Positions 19,001 to 27,948 of a DNA stretch of 62,451 nucleotides are shown piece by piece. The DNA is from Candidatus Coatesbacteria bacterium (GTDB lineage Bacteria > RBG-13-66-14 > B26-G2 > WVWN01 > G020348885). The stretch is from the NCBI GenBank assembly GCA_020348885.1, contig CP070755.1, positions 1,532,196-1,594,646 of the forward strand, read 5' to 3'. The position numbers and the translations under genes were made by a program. The notes under the pieces were generated by a model that had not been told where the DNA came from, did not search any database, and saw nothing but the letters and a program-made list of their open reading frames with translations. Position 1 is the stretch's first letter. Each line of letters starts with the position of its first letter.

Positions 19001-20023
19001 TCAGGAGAGTTCCACCCGCCAGCCCGACTCGACTCCGTCGTACGCGTCGACCCGGCCGATTACGACGCCGTCGGGCCATATCGCCGCCGCCTTCTCGACT
19101 TCGCCCTGCGGGACTATCAAAACCAAACCGATGCCCATATTATACGTATCGAACATATCCTTGTCGGGGATATCGCCCCACTCTGCCAGCCGCGCGAATA
19201 TCGCCTGCGGCTCCCATGACGACCTGTCTATATACGCGAACGTCCCCGGCGGAAGCAGGCGCCCGACGTTCTCCCGCAGGCCTCCGCCGGTGATATGGGC
19301 AATGCCGTGAACCTCCGCGCCGCCGTCGAGTAATTCCAGAACGCCGGCGACGTATATACGCGTTGGCGTCAGCAAGGTCTCCCCCACCGTCTTGTTCCCC
19401 CACCGGTCACCGAGGTCGATTCCGTTGTCGGCGATGACCTTGTTGATAAGGGAGTAGCCGTTGGAATGGAACCCGCTCGACGGTATCCCGAACACGACGT
19501 CGCCGGGGACGATATTCGAGCCGTCTATTATCTTCGACCTCTCGACGATGCCGACGGCGAACCCGACCAGTTCGTATCGGCCCGGCGGATAGAATCCCGG
19601 AAGTTGAGCCGTCTCGCCGCCGATGAGCGCGCAGCCGGCCTCCCGGCAACCCTCGACGATCCCGCCTATTACCTTGACCGCCTGCTCCTCGTCTAGAACC
19701 CCCACGCCGATGTAGTCGAGGAAAAACAGCGGGCGTACGCCGTGGCACACGAGGTCGTTCACGCTCATCGCTACCAGGTCAATCCCGATAGAGTGATGGT
19801 CGTCTGTGGCGAAGGCCAACTCCAGCTTGGTGCCGACGCTGTCGGTCGCGCCAGCGATGACCGGCTCGTCGTATCCCATTCCGGATACGTCGTAGAATCC
19901 GGCGAAGCCGCCGATTCCGCCGACGACCCGGGGGCTGTCCACCTCGTCGGCCATCCGTTTAATGCGACCGGCCAGACGCCCGGCCAGGCCCTGGTCAACG
20001 CCCGCATTTTCGTATTTACCCAT
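19001..20023 (-). CDS. purM: Phosphoribosylformylglycinamidine cyclo-ligase (AIR synthetase)
   Basis: Y..AGVD, GGFAG, TDSVGTK, GIDLVAMSVND, PLFFLDY, GGETA, SGFHSNGYSL, HITGGG, TYNMGIG. Confidence 0.97.
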   Translation of the reverse strand: MGKYENAGVDQGLAGRLAGRIKRMADEVDSPRVVGGIGGFAGFYDVSGMGYDEPVIAGATDSVGTKLELAFATDDHHSIGIDLVAMSVNDLVCHGVRPLFFLDYIGVGVLDEEQAVKVIGGIVEGCREAGCALIGGETAQLPGFYPPGRYELVGFAVGIVERSKIIDGSNIVPGDVVFGIPSSGFHSNGYSLINKVIADNGIDLGDRWGNKTVGETLLTPTRIYVAGVLELLDGGAEVHGIAHITGGGLRENVGRLLPPGTFAYIDRSSWEPQAIFARLAEWGDIPDKDMFDTYNMGIGLVLIVPQGEVEKAAAIWPDGVVIGRVDAYDGVESGWRVELS

Positions 20024-20043
20024 CCTATTTCAGTTCCGTTAGA

Positions 20044-21492
20044 TTAAAACATCTTGCTCGAGAATAGGCCCTTCTCGAGCATATCCTTTGCGTACTCTTT
20101 ATAAAGCGGCGTCGGGTACTCGCCGGTGAAACAGGCTGAGCAGAAACGCCCGGCCACTTCTTCCGGCGTCATTTGCCGCCCGCCGACGGCCCGCCGTACC
20201 CCTTCAAGCGAAAGGTAATAGATGGTATCCACGCCTATATGCCGCCCGATTTCGTCGATATCGAGACTTGAGCCTATTAACTCCTCACGGGTGGGCGTAT
20301 CAATACCGTAGTAACACGGGTACTTCCACGGCGGGCAACTTATGCGTAAATGAACCTCTCTCGCGCCGGCGTTCCGTATCAAGTCTATTATCTTGACCGA
20401 CGTCGTCCCGCGGACGATCGAGTCGTCCACGACTACGACCGACTTATCCGCCAACAGCTCTTTTACGGGGTTATACTTTAAACGCGTCCCAAAGGTCCGA
20501 ATGTGCTGCGTCGGCTCGATGAACGTCCGGCCAATATAGTGACTGCGGATTATCCCGAAATCGAAGGGAAGCCCGGAGCCTTCGCTGTAGCCCAAGGCCG
20601 CGTTGTTACTCGAGTCCGGAACCGGCATCACGAAGTCGGCCTCGATGTCGTGCGGCTCCTCGCGGGCCAACTCGATGCCGAGGGCTTTGCGCGCCCGGTG
20701 GACGTCCCGGCCAAATATCCGGCTGTCGGGCCGGGAGAAGTAGACGAACTCGAAGATGCACATCCGCGGGTCCTCGGGCGGGAACGGCTTTGACGACTTG
20801 ACGCCCTTGACCGACACCTCGATAATCTCACCGGGTTCCACATCGCGTACGAACTTTGCGCCTATGATATCAAGGGCGCAAGTCTCGCTCGCTAAGACCA
20901 CTGCGCCGCCCAGCTCGCCCATACAGAGCGGGCGCCAACCCCTCGGGTCCCGGGCGGCGATGAGCCTGTTCTCCTCCAGGAAAAGTATCGAGGACGCCCC
21001 CTCCAATCGCCCCAAAGCTTTCGGCACCGCCTCGCCCAAATCGCGAACGCCGGATTGGGCGATCAAGTGGATGACTATCTCTGAGTCGGACGTGGACGTG
21101 AATATCGAACCGGCGGCCTCCAGTTCCTCCCGAAGCGGCAGCGCGTTCACGATGTTCCCGTTATGACAAACGGCCAGCGACCCATGGAGGTAGTCCACCT
21201 TGATCGGTTGGGCGTTGGTCAGGCTGGTGTCGCCCATGGTCGAGTAGCGGACGTGGCCGACGGCGGCCCGTCCCTGAAGCCGGTCAAAATCGGGCTCGGC
21301 GAAGACGTCGGTTACGAGGCCCATCCCCCGGTGGCCGCGTAGTGACTTGCCGTCGCTCGCGACGATACCGGCCGACTCCTGGCCCCGATGCTGGAGTGCG
21401 TATATGCCGAGGTACGTGAGTTTGGCCGCTTCGGGGTGTCCGAATATCCCGAAGACGCCGCACTCTTCTGCGGGTTTAAGTAAAGGTTTCAT
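20044..21492 (-). CDS. purF: Amidophosphoribosyltransferase
   Basis: ECGVFG, LQHRGQESAG, GHVRYST, HNGN, CIFEFVYFSRPDS, VDDSIVRGTTS, CFTGEYP. Start set at ATG 21492. Confidence 0.97.
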   Translation of the reverse strand: MKPLLKPAEECGVFGIFGHPEAAKLTYLGIYALQHRGQESAGIVASDGKSLRGHRGMGLVTDVFAEPDFDRLQGRAAVGHVRYSTMGDTSLTNAQPIKVDYLHGSLAVCHNGNIVNALPLREELEAAGSIFTSTSDSEIVIHLIAQSGVRDLGEAVPKALGRLEGASSILFLEENRLIAARDPRGWRPLCMGELGGAVVLASETCALDIIGAKFVRDVEPGEIIEVSVKGVKSSKPFPPEDPRMCIFEFVYFSRPDSRIFGRDVHRARKALGIELAREEPHDIEADFVMPVPDSSNNAALGYSEGSGLPFDFGIIRSHYIGRTFIEPTQHIRTFGTRLKYNPVKELLADKSVVVVDDSIVRGTTSVKIIDLIRNAGAREVHLRISCPPWKYPCYYGIDTPTREELIGSSLDIDEIGRHIGVDTIYYLSLEGVRRAVGGRQMTPEEVAGRFCSACFTGEYPTPLYKEYAKDMLEKGLFSSKMF

Positions 21493-21547
21493 AAGCGCGA
21501 TGTTACGGTTACTAAAATACCAGATAAAACGGTAAGCGGAAAGCGAA

Positions 21548-21575
21548 ATAATAGCACAAAACGCGTGGATGTGAA
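21548..21575 (-). promoter_or_regulatory. Putative sigma70 promoter of the purF operon
   Basis: TTCACA-N16-TATTAT with TG extension on the minus strand. Confidence 0.4.
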
Positions 21576-21683
21576 GGGAAAACAAACGTCCGGTTGGTGC
21601 GTGAAGATCAATACCGCCCGCCTCGTCGGGCGGTGGGCCTACAAGGCTTTATATGCTTTAACGCGCGGAGCCGCAAAGGCGGG

Positions 21684-22820
21684 CTATTCGGCAAAGCCGG
21701 CTTTGATTAAGCCTAACGACTCCCTCTTTATCGCAGCGTAACCCGTGGTGAAGTCCCAGGTTTCGGTCGCGTTGTTACCCGCCAGGTCCTCGGTGTAAGT
21801 CTCGACGGTGTAGGTCGTCCCTTCGTCCAGCTCGTCGTCCGGCTCGAACTCTACTATTACGTCCATAGGGTCCGTGTCTTCCACGAATAGCGAACCGTTA
21901 ACAGTACCGCCGTTCGTCAGCGTAAACGTCGAGTTGGCCAGGTTTATATTCGTCGTATCGTCGACCCAATGACAGCCGGGGCGCACGTCAACCGGCACGC
22001 CGGACGGGAAGTCTCCGTCCAGCGGATATTGGTCCGTGACGTAGGGGTCATCGTCGTCGATTAACTCGCCGTAAAGGTCGTACATCATTGGGTAACCTAT
22101 AGAGTTCCAGGACGAACCCGTGTAACCGTATTGGACAATACCCGGCGGTATAACGTCGACGGGAGTGTCCGTCGGACCGGCGTACGGAAGCGGGTTTGCG
22201 TAGAGTTGGGTTGCGAACCAGTATATAGACGCCGAGTCGATGGAGAAGTGCCAACCGCCGCTCGCGCAGTCTTCTATGCTGGCGCCGATTTTGTAAACCT
22301 GATAAGGCCCTATAACGATATCCGGTATATCGGTACCGGTAAGGTCGCTAAACTCCCAATAGTCGGCGGCGACCAAGCCTGTTATGCCGCCGTAGCTTAA
22401 CCCGCCGTTCCCGGCGGCCGTATCCGCGTGCCATCCGCTGTCGTCGGTTTCGTTCGGCCGGTTGGTCGCAGGTTCGGGGCCGCCGTCTTCCCAGATACAA
22501 ATCCAAGCGCCGTAAGTAGAGTCCCAAGTGCCGTACCAGGGGAGAATCCATATTTCCCACCTGGTCAGTCTGTAACCGTCGAAAGCCGCGCCCACCTGGA
22601 AGTTATCGGCGACTTTCGCGTCAATACCCGGGTTTTCGTACCACATAGAATCCCACGCGCCGGTTCCTTCAAGGAAGTCGCCCTGTTCGAATATCAGTTC
22701 CTCTCGCGTGTCAGTTACGACCGGGGCGCCGGCGGTAACGCCGCTGCCGGTGATTTTCTCGCTCGATACGGCGCAAGCCGCCGAAACGACTATCAGTAAG
22801 GTTATTAGGTACTTAAGCAT
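21684..22820 (-). CDS. Secreted acidic protein, family X (Trp/Gly-rich N domain + Big_5-like Ig domain + SLGxIKA tail)
   Basis: Signal peptide; KVADNFQV...GWHAD...GNGGL; PY.TD.YP.D...GVPVD...TYTVE...DLAGN...WDFTTG; ends ESLGLIKAGFAE. Confidence 0.85.
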   Translation of the reverse strand: MLKYLITLLIVVSAACAVSSEKITGSGVTAGAPVVTDTREELIFEQGDFLEGTGAWDSMWYENPGIDAKVADNFQVGAAFDGYRLTRWEIWILPWYGTWDSTYGAWICIWEDGGPEPATNRPNETDDSGWHADTAAGNGGLSYGGITGLVAADYWEFSDLTGTDIPDIVIGPYQVYKIGASIEDCASGGWHFSIDSASIYWFATQLYANPLPYAGPTDTPVDVIPPGIVQYGYTGSSWNSIGYPMMYDLYGELIDDDDPYVTDQYPLDGDFPSGVPVDVRPGCHWVDDTTNINLANSTFTLTNGGTVNGSLFVEDTDPMDVIVEFEPDDELDEGTTYTVETYTEDLAGNNATETWDFTTGYAAIKRESLGLIKAGFAE

Positions 22821-22863
22821 CTCGTACCCCCCCTTTACGAATTCGGGTGTTTATACATATAGG

Positions 22864-22892
22864 TATATATCATACTTTCGCATATCTGTCAA
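22864..22892 (-). promoter_or_regulatory. Putative sigma70 promoter of the family X gene at 21684-22820
   Basis: TTGACA-N17-TATATA with TG extension. Confidence 0.6.
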
Positions 22893-23307
22893 ACAACGAT
22901 TTCGCGCGAATCCTAAAATTGTTTTAACGTTCGGGCGCACGTTTTAACCACGGCCTCCGGAAGTAACTTTACGGACAGGCATACTCGGTCTGTCCGATCG
23001 GCGCAACCGACGGTATTGAGAGCCCGAAAAACGCGCGGATTAACGACGGACCGACCTAAAGGTCGGCCCTTACGCGTAGCCGAATGGCGTTTAAACGACC
23101 GTTATCCCCGTCACGTAGTTTTTTGATGTAATTTGATACGTGATGACACGGCCTTCCGTCTCTTAACGCGCTATTGTTTATTTTACGAACGCTGAAATCG
23201 ATACTATCGATACCTAGAAACCCGGACGTACCAAAATTACCGGAAAAAACGAATGCGTCTTCACCTCCACGGAGTTTAAGAGAAATACTCAAAGTTCTGG
23301 ATTAGTT

Positions 23308-24189
23308 TTGGGCGCTCTCCCAAACAGATCGGAAGTCCCCGTACCGGCGGAGTCGGATCTAACGTACTTCGGCTCCGCCGCGACTTCCCTGTTTCCGCGC
23401 CGGGCGCTGGACTTAATTTTAGGTTATTACGAAACCGCCGGACGCTCTGCTCGGCGGCCGTTACGGTAGAAGTTGCCCGGGGCGTCGGCCCTATTGCCCC
23501 TCCTCAATGTTGCCCAGTCGGCGCCCCATTTCCCTATCGACTTATCCAAAGTCGATCCTGATTTCTTCGCGATGTCCGGTCACAAGGCTCTCGGGCCGAA
23601 GGGCGCGGGCGTTTTGGTCGTCAAAGAGCGTAACTTCGACCGCCTGAAACCGGCCCGGCTCGGCGGGGGCATTATTACCGACGTGACCCTCGACGCTTAT
23701 GAGCTGGCGGATTCCCCCGCCTGCTACGAAGCCGGGACCCACGACCCGGCCGCGGCCGCCGGCCTGGCCGAAGCGTTCAAGACCCTCGACGAACTCGGTA
23801 TGGACCGCGTCGCAGAACACGACCGGGCTCTCGGCACGCTTCTCTATAACGGCTTGAAAAACATCGCCGGCGTTATGGTTTTTGGGCCGAGCGACCCGAC
23901 CGAACGCACCGGGACCTGCGCGTTCGCGATTGACGGGGTGAAACCGCCCCGGGCGGCCGCGCTGTATGACCGGCTCGGGAACGTCGCCGTCCGGTCCGGG
24001 CATCACTGCGCCCTGCCGCTCGCGACCGAGTACCTGGGGCGACGGGAAGGAACCGTCCGCGCGTCCCTCTACGTCTATAACTCGGAAGAGGAAATAGAAC
24101 GGTTCCTCGAAGTAACCGAACGGGTAGTCGCGATCGGCAAGGGGAATAGCGCCGGAGTTTCCTCGGGCGCCACGGAGACGCAAGCGTGA
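23308..24189 (+). pseudogene. sufS: Cysteine desulfurase (SufS/CsdA group II) pseudogene with internal deletion and in-frame stop
   Basis: One frame reads ...DLTYFGSAATSLFPRRALDLILGYYETAG...PLR-TAG(23467-23469)-KLPGASALLPLLNVAQSAPH...DFFAMSGHKALGP...RSGHHCA...RASLYVYN. The region between the AATS and DxAQ motifs is much shorter than in intact enzymes, and the DxAQ Asp reads Asn. Confidence 0.8.
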
Positions 24190-24500
24190 AGACCGGTTTG
24201 ACATTCGGCGGGCAACCGGTAAACGTTTACTCCTTCGAACTGTGTCACTACGGCGAGAACGGCGACTACGAGGTATTCCCGGACCGGGAACTGGGGTTGG
24301 ACTTGGCATCGGCCCGCGACCGATTGTCCGCCGGCGGGTATGAGATCGACTTCGCGGCCGAAGAAGTGCTTATCTTTAAGAAGGCCGGCGCCGAATATAC
24401 CCTCTTCGACGACGGGCGCCTTATTATCGAGGGGCTGGCGCCCGGGTCCTGCGAGCAGGCCGCCGAGACGGCGGTTCCGATCGTGGGGTATGAGAAGTAG
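24186..24500 (+). CDS. Stand-alone small protein resembling the C-terminal extension of MoeB/ThiF-family proteins
   Basis: ELC...YEVFP...LDL....RL..GGY.......LIF......YTLFDDGRLIIEG; start overlaps the sufS remnant stop (GTGA). Confidence 0.55.
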   Translation: MKTGLTFGGQPVNVYSFELCHYGENGDYEVFPDRELGLDLASARDRLSAGGYEIDFAAEEVLIFKKAGAEYTLFDDGRLIIEGLAPGSCEQAAETAVPIVGYEK

Positions 24501-24588
24501 GGTTGTACCTTCAGTTGCGACTGATTGACAGTGTTCGACTAGATATGTAAGAAGCGGCGGACTTTACGCCCGCCGTCAAGCAATAACA

Positions 24589-24615
24589 AAGCGGCGGGGA
24601 TAAACCCCGCCGCTT
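24589..24615. terminator. Bidirectional hairpin between convergent genes
   Basis: AAGCGGCGGGG-ATAAA-CCCCGCCGCTT, perfect 11 bp stem. Confidence 0.65.
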
Positions 24616-24645
24616 CGTGGCGTCATAATCGTTGATAGGTATACC

Positions 24646-25164
24646 CTACTCCCCCTCGAAGTACCCCAGTATCGCTTCTATAATACGCGAGTATGTTTCG
24701 CCGGCGGCGGCCGGGTTCCGGACCGAAAAGGCGTTGTAATCCGCGTCGGTCTTGAAATATACATCGTATGTAGGCAGGTCCGTAACATACGAAGCGCCCG
24801 TGCCGGTTGTTTCCGGGTTCGTCAGGTCCAGGATTCCAAGTTCCAGCAACTCGGTCTCGAACGCGTCGTACGACGCCGGGTCCGCCGAACGGATACGGGC
24901 CTCGACTTCGCCGGCGGGCGCCAGGGTCGCGTCCAGTCTATAAACGTCGCCGTCGTCGGTCCACGCGAGCCATCGCTTCTCGGCGAAGGGCGAGAACCCG
25001 CCGCTGATAACTACGAGTATCCCGGAGTCGACTTCGTCCGGTACGTCCTCCAGGTTCGTTACCGCTTCGGGGAAATCAACGACGTTCTCGTCCGCCGGGG
25101 CGTACGGCGCGAACATGAAAGCGGCCGCCACCGCCGCGAAAAGTAATAATCTGAGGGCCATCAT
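24646..25164 (-). CDS. Secreted hypothetical protein (paralogue of 25161-25673)
   Basis: Signal peptide; shares SYDAFETELLEL, PTYDVYFK...NAFSVRNP and YSRIIEAI with its neighbour. Confidence 0.75.
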   Translation of the reverse strand: MMALRLLLFAAVAAAFMFAPYAPADENVVDFPEAVTNLEDVPDEVDSGILVVISGGFSPFAEKRWLAWTDDGDVYRLDATLAPAGEVEARIRSADPASYDAFETELLELGILDLTNPETTGTGASYVTDLPTYDVYFKTDADYNAFSVRNPAAAGETYSRIIEAILGYFEGE

Positions 25165-25673
25165 TGTATTTGGAGCTGTTCTTTCCAGAAGGCCTCGAGG
25201 GCGCCCACGATACGCAGGTACCGTTCGTCCTCCAGCGTTTCCGGTTCGACGACCTTGAAGTCGTTCACGGTATTGCTTTCCTTCAAGTAAACGTGGTACA
25301 TAGGCGCTTTCCCGGTCGTCCCCGGCGGCGTGTCTATCAGGAAAAGCGCCCGGTTTCGCTTCAACTCCAGCCAGAGCTGCTCGAAGCTGTCGTAGTCGGC
25401 CCGGCGTTTCGCCAGGTAGAAGTCGCCCGTGTGGAAGAGGGCCGCGTACTCGATATTGACCATCTTATAGTCGCCCTCGTTCTCGTAAATCTTGACCGAC
25501 ATCGACTTGACCGGGTTTTCGCCGCCGGACTGGATGAGCACGACGGCCCTGGACGTTTTGCCGGGGATGGACGCGCTCCGGGAGATAACGTCCACGTTCT
25601 CGGCCGGGTAAAATTCGCGCTCGGCCAGCATCGCCGGCGGAAGCATTAACAACGACACGAGTAGTAGTAACAT
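25161..25673 (-). CDS. Secreted hypothetical protein (paralogue of 24646-25164)
   Basis: Short signal peptide; DYDSFEQLWLEL, PMYHVYLK...NDFKVVEP, YLRIVGAL; ATGA overlap with the downstream paralogue. Confidence 0.75.
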   Translation of the reverse strand: MLLLLVSLLMLPPAMLAEREFYPAENVDVISRSASIPGKTSRAVVLIQSGGENPVKSMSVKIYENEGDYKMVNIEYAALFHTGDFYLAKRRADYDSFEQLWLELKRNRALFLIDTPPGTTGKAPMYHVYLKESNTVNDFKVVEPETLEDERYLRIVGALEAFWKEQLQIQ

Positions 25674-25693
25674 CGCTTTTCCCCCTTTGTCGG

Positions 25694-26416
25694 CTACCCT
25701 TCTGTAAGCAGTTTAACCACGGCGGCGTAGTGGTCTTCGACTTCGCCCATGTCGTGACGGAACCGGTCCTTGTCGAAGACCTCGCCGGTTTCGGCGTCCC
25801 ACAGGCGGCAAGTGTCCGGCGTTATCTCGTCGCCGAGATACACCTTTCCATCGGCGCTACCGAACTCCAATTTGAAATCCACGAGGCGGACGCCGCGCGC
25901 GAGCATATATTCCGACAGGATCTCGTTAACGGCCAACGCGTACTTTTCCATAACCTCCAACGCGTCCGCCGGCGCGTACCCGAGAACCGTAACGTGTTGA
26001 CGATTGAGCATCGGGTCGTGAAGCTCGTCGTTCTTCAGGAAGTACTCGATTATCGGCTCATCGAAGGTTATCCCTTTATCTATCCCGTACCGCTTGCAAA
26101 CGCTCCCGGCGGAGACGTTACGGACCACGATTTCGACCGGGTGTATATCGAGGCGCCGGACCAGCAACTCCCGGTCAGAAAGCGTGTCTACGTAATGTGT
26201 GGGTACGCCCTTCTCATCGAGGAGTTTGAACATCGCTTCGGACAACGCGACGTTGTAAACGCCCTTGTTTACGATAGTACCCTTCTTGTCGCCGTCGAAG
26301 GCGGTCGCGTCGTCCTTGAATTCGGCCCAAAGCAACGCCGGGTCACTCGTTACATATATCTTCTTGGCTTTCCCCTCGTATAGGAGTTCGCCTTTGGTTA
26401 CGTCGCCGTTTGGCAC
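25694..26416 (-). CDS. purC: SAICAR synthetase
   Basis: LLYEGKAKKIY, FKDDATAFDG.KKG, EIVVRN...GS, LVDFKLEFG, DEITPDTCRLWD, DKDRFR. Confidence 0.97.
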   Translation of the reverse strand: MPNGDVTKGELLYEGKAKKIYVTSDPALLWAEFKDDATAFDGDKKGTIVNKGVYNVALSEAMFKLLDEKGVPTHYVDTLSDRELLVRRLDIHPVEIVVRNVSAGSVCKRYGIDKGITFDEPIIEYFLKNDELHDPMLNRQHVTVLGYAPADALEVMEKYALAVNEILSEYMLARGVRLVDFKLEFGSADGKVYLGDEITPDTCRLWDAETGEVFDKDRFRHDMGEVEDHYAAVVKLLTEG

Positions 26417-26530
26417 GCTACCTCCATTATAGCAGTTCAGTCAGTAGGTTTATCAACAATCTGTTCGACCGCATTATAACAGATTGAAATGCGCGGGGCA
26501 ACTTTTTTGAGTAATTTCCGTTGAATCCCC

Positions 26531-26559
26531 TTGACACTCCCCCACCGTTAGCGTTTAAT
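26531..26559 (+). promoter_or_regulatory. Putative sigma70 promoter
   Basis: TTGACA-N17-TTTAAT, 50 nt upstream of the 26609 start. Confidence 0.55.
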
Positions 26560-26608
26560 CGACGCGAACTGCGGACACGTCGAATAAGCGCATCGAAGGG
26601 ACGTTATA

Positions 26609-27805
26609 ATGAGAAACGGGTCAAATATGCTTTTGTTTTACGCGGCGCTTTCGCTCGCCGTTTCGTGGGCGGGCGCCGTCGAGATAGTCGGCGGCCCGAG
26701 CGGCGAAAAACCGCCGCCCGACTACACTACCGCCGAACCGGAAGGCGTACGTCATACCGTCGATGATTTCGCCGGCGCGACCTGGCTAGCAGCCGCCGAC
26801 GTGAACGGCGACGGTTGGCTAGATATCGTCGCTTCGGGCTGGACCGCGGCCGAAGTCGCGTGGTGGGAAAACGACGGGACCGGCGACGGTTGGGAGAAAC
26901 ACAGCCTGGCAACCGGTTTCGACGGAGCCATCTCGGCCGCGGCCGCCGACGTCGATAACGATGGCCGGACCGATATAATCGCGGCGGCGAAGATGACCGA
27001 AACCGTGGCGTGGTGGCGGAACGCAAACGGCGACGGCACCGACTGGACCAGGGTCGACGTAGCGACCGACGTCCCGGGGCTGTTCTCCGTTTCCGCCGCG
27101 GACCTCAACTGCGACGGGCGTACGGATATCCTTGCTCAGTCCACCGACGACCCCGCGCAGGCCGTAATCTGGTGGAAAAACGCGGACGGTTCGGAGAACG
27201 AGTGGGCCGAACACGTCGTAGAGGACGACCTACCAGGCTGCCGGTTCACAGCAAGCGCCGACCTCGACCGCGACGGCGACACTGATATCCTGGCGGTCGC
27301 GTTTCACCAGAAAGCCCGTAAGGTCGTCTGGTACGAGAACGACGGCTCCGGCGACGCATGGGCAAAGCATGTTATCGTTGATTCGCCCGAGTTCAAATGC
27401 TTCCACGCGGCGCCGGCGGACGTCGACGGCGACGGAGACCTCGACGTCGTAGCGACTAATCTCATAAAGGGCTCCCACGTCGTTTGGTTCGAGAACGATG
27501 GCGCGGGCGCTGATTGGGAAGCACACTTAATAGACGGCGCATTCGTATCGCCGTACATCGTTTCGTCGGCGGACCTGGACGGCGACGGCGACTCCGACGT
27601 AATCGGTACTTCCAACTCGTGGAACACGGTCGCCTGGTGGGAGAACGGCGACGGGGCGGGAAGCGTGTGGGTACGGCACGTCGTTGATGTATCGTTCGAG
27701 AAAGCCCGGAACCCGGTCGCCGGCGACTACGATGCCGACGGCGAACCGGAAATAGGTTGCGCGGCTTTCGGTGGTACGGTGGCGTGGTGGGGTATCGCGG
27801 AATAA
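26609..27805 (+). CDS. Secreted FG-GAP/VCBS repeat beta-propeller protein without a CTD
   Basis: Signal peptide; seven repeats aaDvDgDGd.Di...V.WWEN.G.G..W..H; ends right after the propeller. Confidence 0.88.
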   Translation: MRNGSNMLLFYAALSLAVSWAGAVEIVGGPSGEKPPPDYTTAEPEGVRHTVDDFAGATWLAAADVNGDGWLDIVASGWTAAEVAWWENDGTGDGWEKHSLATGFDGAISAAAADVDNDGRTDIIAAAKMTETVAWWRNANGDGTDWTRVDVATDVPGLFSVSAADLNCDGRTDILAQSTDDPAQAVIWWKNADGSENEWAEHVVEDDLPGCRFTASADLDRDGDTDILAVAFHQKARKVVWYENDGSGDAWAKHVIVDSPEFKCFHAAPADVDGDGDLDVVATNLIKGSHVVWFENDGAGADWEAHLIDGAFVSPYIVSSADLDGDGDSDVIGTSNSWNTVAWWENGDGAGSVWVRHVVDVSFEKARNPVAGDYDADGEPEIGCAAFGGTVAWWGIAE

Positions 27806-27892
27806 GCGGTTTAGATGGGATCGCCGGACCCGTAAGAAAACGGTATAAGTAAATATATAAAACGCATCGGGGTCGCCCATCCGTTGGTTAAT

Positions 27893-27921
27893 TTGACATA
27901 AACCTATATATGTGTTATTAG
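27893..27921 (+). promoter_or_regulatory. Putative sigma70 promoter
   Basis: TTGACA-N17-TATTAG with TG extension. Confidence 0.55.
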
Positions 27922-27948
27922 AGTAAACACCGGCGGTTAATTATTATA

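Noticed and set aside
21493-21683. ZTP or purine riboswitch upstream of purF
   Set aside because: Only a GC hairpin is present, and I could not match the conserved riboswitch cores. An Rfam scan would settle it.
23056-23292. 78-aa minus-strand ORF in a lower-GC stretch
   Set aside because: No RBS or recognisable motif; it may be a decayed fragment but cannot be supported.
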